Assembly: GCA_012295275.1 (NCBI GenBank)
Contig: CM022677.1
Coordinates: 7,192,001-7,256,000, forward strand
DNA: 64,000 bases
From: Chrysomallon squamiferum
Taxonomy: Eukaryota; Animalia; Mollusca
Reading direction: 5' to 3'
Under the pieces are notes generated by a model that was given only the letters and a program-made list of their open reading frames with translations, was not told where the DNA came from and did not search any database. The translations under genes and the position numbers were made by a program. Below, in pieces: positions 58,801 through 64,000 of the stretch; the first letter of the stretch is position 1; the number at the start of each line of letters is the position of its first letter.

Positions 58801-61800
58801 ATGATATCAACTCATGACATTTCAGTTAACTTCAATGTGGAATTTTTTCTTCTTAGATGTACACAGTTTATCTGTTTTTCTGATGTTGTAAACTTTTGTA
58901 TCAAAGTACGTCAGATAGTTGTTTTAAGTTTTGGGTTATTATTTGCAGCAAATCTTACTTTGACATCACATGATATCAATTTGGTGCAACTATTACATCA
59001 CAAAACAATTTGAGCAGACCTTTTTTTGTATTTTGGTAACATGTTTCTTTCTGTTTGTAATACATTTACTGACCCAGTAAAATATTTGTTGTATGACCAA
59101 ATTTACCTTTCCATTATTTTGTTCTGTTTAAAATTCTGCATATGTAGATGTATAGTTGTTAATATTTATTTTATAAACTTAATTTTTTCCAGTATATACC
59201 TCTAGAGATTTTATACGATTTTGAGTTCAAAACATCTTCAGGCTCCTTTTCATTCTAAATCATCTTGCGTGGTTTATAAGCCATCCATGAAAATGAGTAA
59301 ATCAATCCATCTTGCATTTTATAAGATTTTTTTATTTTTTTATTATTTATTATTATTATTATTATTTTATGAATCTGTCAGTGACTTTCTACATATTCTG
59401 CAGGGGTAGTAACAAGTAACAAATGATTCTATTATTATTAGACTCAGTAATTAAATAGTTTACAGTTTTGTATTTAGGCTCTAAATTCAAATGAAAATTC
59501 TTAATTTATTCTTACCATTTTTATTCATGTGAGATTTGTTTTAAATAGACCTTACATTATAAACTTTAATTTTATTCATGAGACAGTTATTTATATAATA
59601 ACGATTACAGTTTTCCTGTAATGAAAAGAATATGTTTTGACTTCAGTATATTATGACAAATAAACTATTTCAGTACACTATACATGAAAATATATATGAC
59701 AAATATTTATCTTTCCTGTGTCAGAAAACCTTTAACGCAATCAGAATTGAATTAATATTGTAATACCAATATTTATAACATGTTTATTCAGGTCTGGTGT
59801 GGACTCATTCAAGCAGAACATATAGAAAAATACTATACAAGAAATTCACAAAGTGTACTATATTAATGATGGGTTTTTTTGTTTCTTTTTTAATATGAAT
59901 AAAATTAAGTTCATTTTTACTGCAGTAGAAAACAGATATTACAATGTAGTCAACAAAATACTTACAAATAAATAAATAAATAAAAAGTATAACAAGATAT
60001 ATATATATATATTTTTTTTTATCTATTTTTTTCTAAAATAAGTCAAGTGGTTTTCAGAATTTTTAGGCTGATTTGCTTTTCAGGTCACAGATATAAAATC
60101 AGTGGTGAACCATCCATTTAAATTCATTGAACATTTTATTATACTGAAAGTTTTGTTTTCATATCTTCTTTTGGGAGAAGTACCAAATGTGAAGCTGACA
60201 TTTTTAGATCTCTGAGGGAAGAGTTCATCTGGAACCCTCAGTTTGTATCTTTGACTTAGGAATATCACTGGAAGGTTATTAGGTATTTTTTAAAATTTAT
60301 TAAATTATGTTATATCAGTGCATCTCTCATTTTCTGTACAAGAAATGTGGGAATCTCTAACATGATCATTTGGTTATGTACATTCAAAGATAACTTAGCA
60401 TATGTAAAAGACACAGGTTAGTTCACATTATTGGTTCAGTTCCCACCTTTTATACCATACTTGTTGTTCATAAGCCTTTGAGTACATTTGACAAATGTAA
60501 GTTGTTCTCTGAAATGATAGTATAATGAGTAGGCAATTGTTTTGACAGTAATTATTGACTAAAACATTTTAACATTATTTGTTATCTGCATTTTGAATAT
60601 AACTTTCCATCATTATTTCACACACTTAGATACACTGTTTCAACAATAATGAATGAAGTGACACTGTTTTGGCAATTTCTTGAATTTGTACTGCTGATAA
60701 TGACTTTATTAATGAATCTTTTTTAATGTGTGGCTAGAGCCTATAAGCCTCGTGTTTTTATTGCTTCTCAGTTTATAGGTAGGGACACAGCTTTTTAAAA
60801 TAATTTTTATGTGTATTTAGAGTACAACCTGCTGTCATTATTCATACACTCTAATTCTAGCACGAATGATGTTTAAGAAATATATAAAGAACTTTTGTTC
60901 AGGATTTACAATGACAAGAAACAATGTCTGTTAGCTAAAGATGGTAATGAAAAAATTATCAGTGAATTACTCAGAGTATTATAAATATCAAAGAAATCTC
61001 CGTTCTAGTATTATCAGTGTGAACTACTTGAATGTGGAGAAAGACTTATGGCCATAAACCCCCTCCAGAAAAAAAGAAAAAAAAAGAACATTTATTTCAT
61101 CTCCACTCAGAAATCTTAAGACATCATCAAATGATGCATGTTGCTACTCAACAGTGATCAAGATGAAATGTAAATAAAATCAGCAAGAAGTATGAAGATG
61201 TCACTAAGAATCCCTGTTCTTGTATAAGACAATGTGCATGTCCAAGTAAGAGAAATGAATGACTACAAAACATGTTGGGCTTAAACTGATTGTGTCTAAG
61301 CACTTTAATTCAAGAGGAGGAGTTAATCTTATGAATATACAGTCTGTGAGACCACCTCACTAAGTTCTGTTTTGATCTCAAATTTGTGCAGTTTCAAAAC
61401 AAAAAGTTATATTGTCACACTGTATAAGTGTTCCCACTCTGCTTTCTTTACTGAATGTTAGTAATTTTGAATGTGCCTGTGAAATAATTCTGCAAAGTGA
61501 AGATGATCTGCTTTCAGCAATAAATGCTCTGATTGTAGACACCACCAGTCCAAACTTCAGGTACAGAAAATCATGACCAAACATTAGTTGTAGGAATATT
61601 ACATCTGTCACATTCATTTCTGCACACCATAAAATCGTAAGGAATATGTATAAAATATATTAAACTAAAAAAGAAACCCAATATAAAACCTTGCTTCACT
61701 ATCTATCTTGTTAGATAATTCCATTAAACATTGCTTAAATTATGATCACACAACTGATGCTTACTAATAATAGTCATTAGTAGCAGAAAACTATTCACCT

Positions 61801-63007
61801 ATGCTCCAGATTTTGCTTCTGATCTATCATACAACTGCCTACTCCTTTCTTTAATGTTATCAATTCCCAAAACAACTTACATTTTTATGTTACCAAAAGA
61901 ATGGGAGATTTTAATTATACTAGTACAGTAATACTAATGGATAAACAATTTGATGGAATATTTCAGTTATTTTGTATAAAACTGTTAGTATTATGCATTA
62001 GCCAAATAGATATATCTTGAATTTGTTCGATAGGTTGAACATCATAGAGAATATACTGAGATGACAAATTTAAACATGTATGTCATAAAGCTTGAAAATC
62101 TAATGTATTGTCATTTGGGTTTTAACTTTTTGGCGGTGTTTTTTGCTGTCTGGTCTATATATCAGTTTTATTGATGTGTGAATTCAAATGAACTGACAAT
62201 ATTATAACATATTTGGTCTGTGAAATTATTATTGGAATTTGTACTATTATTGGAATTTGTAAATTATCAGTATTACACCTGACTACTTAATAACATTTTT
62301 AACCATTTCAAAAATTATGTATGTATGTATGTATGTATCTTCTCCAATTCAATAAAAATGGATCATTCAGATCATTCAGATTTTTTCATTCAGATTTTTC
62401 ACCCTTTATAACATTTCCAGGTAATGGGACATTTTTAACAAAATAAAAGGTTAAAGAAATAATTATGCACAAAGTGTTATTAATTTGATGATTATTTTAA
62501 ATTACAAACTGAATTTGTGCAATATATTAGCTTTTTAATTTTATGTTATAAAAAGGAATAGATAATAAAAGTATTTATCAATTAGTTTTATGAAATAGAT
62601 CTGGGTTTCTGAAGTTATAAGCAACAATGTCAATAACATTTAAAGTAATTCCTAGTAGAACTTTTTCACACACTCACAGTAATACATTTGAAAAAATCTT
62701 AGTTATGGTCAGTCTTCAGAATTTTATGTTATGAAAAATATAGATACAGAAATTATGCAGATATTTCAGAATTTGGTAGTGATCTCTGCAATTTGAATAT
62801 TAATTTGAGATGAATTATAGTGAACAAAATGTTCCATGGGAACTGTCAACATTGCTGAAGGAAAGACTCTTAATGTATGTTTCAGTATTATTAATCATTT
62901 AATGTATTACTAATGATAGTTTTAATTTAGCTTATCGATAGAAAAAATATTCAGCCTTAGAGAAGTTTACTGATAGTAAAATATGTAACTTTGTTCTTTC
63001 TACAGAA

Positions 63008-63077
63008 ATGGTTTATCATTGCACTGTTCTTCACATTGCTGTGATTACTTTTATCTTCACCTGGGTCTCTGTTGAAG
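63008..63077 (+). CDS. Signal-peptide exon of Ig gene copy B (paralogue of 16220-16151); the rest of the gene is beyond the window
   Basis: TTTGTTCTTTCTACAG/AA ATG, MVYHCTVLHIAVITFIFTWVSVE(G), GTGAGT. Same 70-nt coding length and phase as copy A. Flanking introns 62650-63330 align inverted to 15900-16520. Confidence 0.8.
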
Positions 63078-64000
63078 GTGAGTGTTTTCCATGTCAGTTT
63101 TATATTCCAAACTATTTATTGAGGAATAACTGGAAATTCTTGGAATTGATTTTATCTGTTCAAAAACTCTTTACTATCAATGACTGGAATCCGATATTTA
63201 GAGCTAAATAATATAACTTGTCTGAAACAGTTGAAATTTGAGGTGCCTCAGCAGTTGATAATATGTTTATTCTTGACCGTGTTTTAAAAAATATGCTGGT
63301 ATTAAATAATTGATTCAGCCATTCCCTACAGCAAGGTATAAAATTAGAGTGAAATGTACTTACAGACAGTGTACTGAAATAATTTAGTGTATCTATGCAA
63401 ACTGATGACAACAAAAATATACCTTTCTTTCTTTACTTATGCTTTCTTTTATAATATTTGGCATCTTGATTACAACTGGAAAGCACTGTAAGCATGCATT
63501 TTACTGCATTACCTGGAGATCACTTCAGTCTGTATTTGATTGCACATTTCAGTCATTAATCAGCTGAATTAAACACTGACAGTTCAATCTGAGTATGTTA
63601 TGATTTTTTCTAATGATTTAACAAAACTGCAAAGGTGCAAAGTTTATAAATGGTCAGTATCTAAGTTAGGAATTAACAATCATTAAACCTTTCCAAAACT
63701 GAAAGAGGAAGACCAGGCTTACCTAACTGTTTAGTACTTATCCATTATAAAGTTAATCATGCATGATACGTTTTGACTGGAAAATGTTAAATTGTTTGAC
63801 TTGTTACAGAGAATTGCATATATTGTGTACTATATATAAATTGTGGGAGGTATGCAAACAAGCAAAACATTCTGAATAACCAGGGCAAGTTGAGCCACAT
63901 TCCCCTGAAAGACATTAACAGCCCACCACATCAATGTGTTAACATTTCTTGTTAAATACACTCTATTTTTGTGGACGTGTATTTTCCTTCAACATAGGCA

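Noticed and set aside
60080-61620. Coding-like minus-strand stretches (ORFs 60080-60268 and 61378-61617; also 17083-17367)
   Set aside because: May be further transposon relics, but I recognised no diagnostic motif; a BLASTx would be needed
63078-63211. Continuation of the 67-aa ORF at 63008 as a complete small protein
   Set aside because: Read-through past a consensus GAAG/GTGAGT donor; protein similarity to copy A stops at the donor

Overview
This is AT-rich, microsatellite-dense, intron-containing animal DNA. The gene relics look invertebrate and probably molluscan, which is inference and not an identification. There is a 200-N gap at 20194-20393. Most ORF-track entries are simple-repeat artefacts. 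Reading splice sites by hand gives four groups. (1) The 3' exons of a disabled trypsin-family serine protease (+, 3.9-4.6 kb). (2) A minus-strand series of Ig-domain exons (about 9.4-27.1 kb), including a signal peptide + Ig gene (16220-12834, frameshifted). Its paralogue starts on the + strand at 63008 and runs off the window; the two face away from each other and share collinear inverted non-coding blocks and a micro-exon. (3) Between them, a decayed minus-strand multi-exon unit (47.6-29.0 kb) with tyrosine-kinase N-lobe-like, TSP1-like and Ser-rich tail exons. (4) Transposon relics (L1/Tx1 LINE, two hAT, Academ, pogo-PHD, MITEs), minisatellites and a near-perfect 99-bp intronic inverted repeat. 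No complete intact gene, RNA gene or CRISPR array is seen. Coordinates were read by eye; relic boundaries are approximate.
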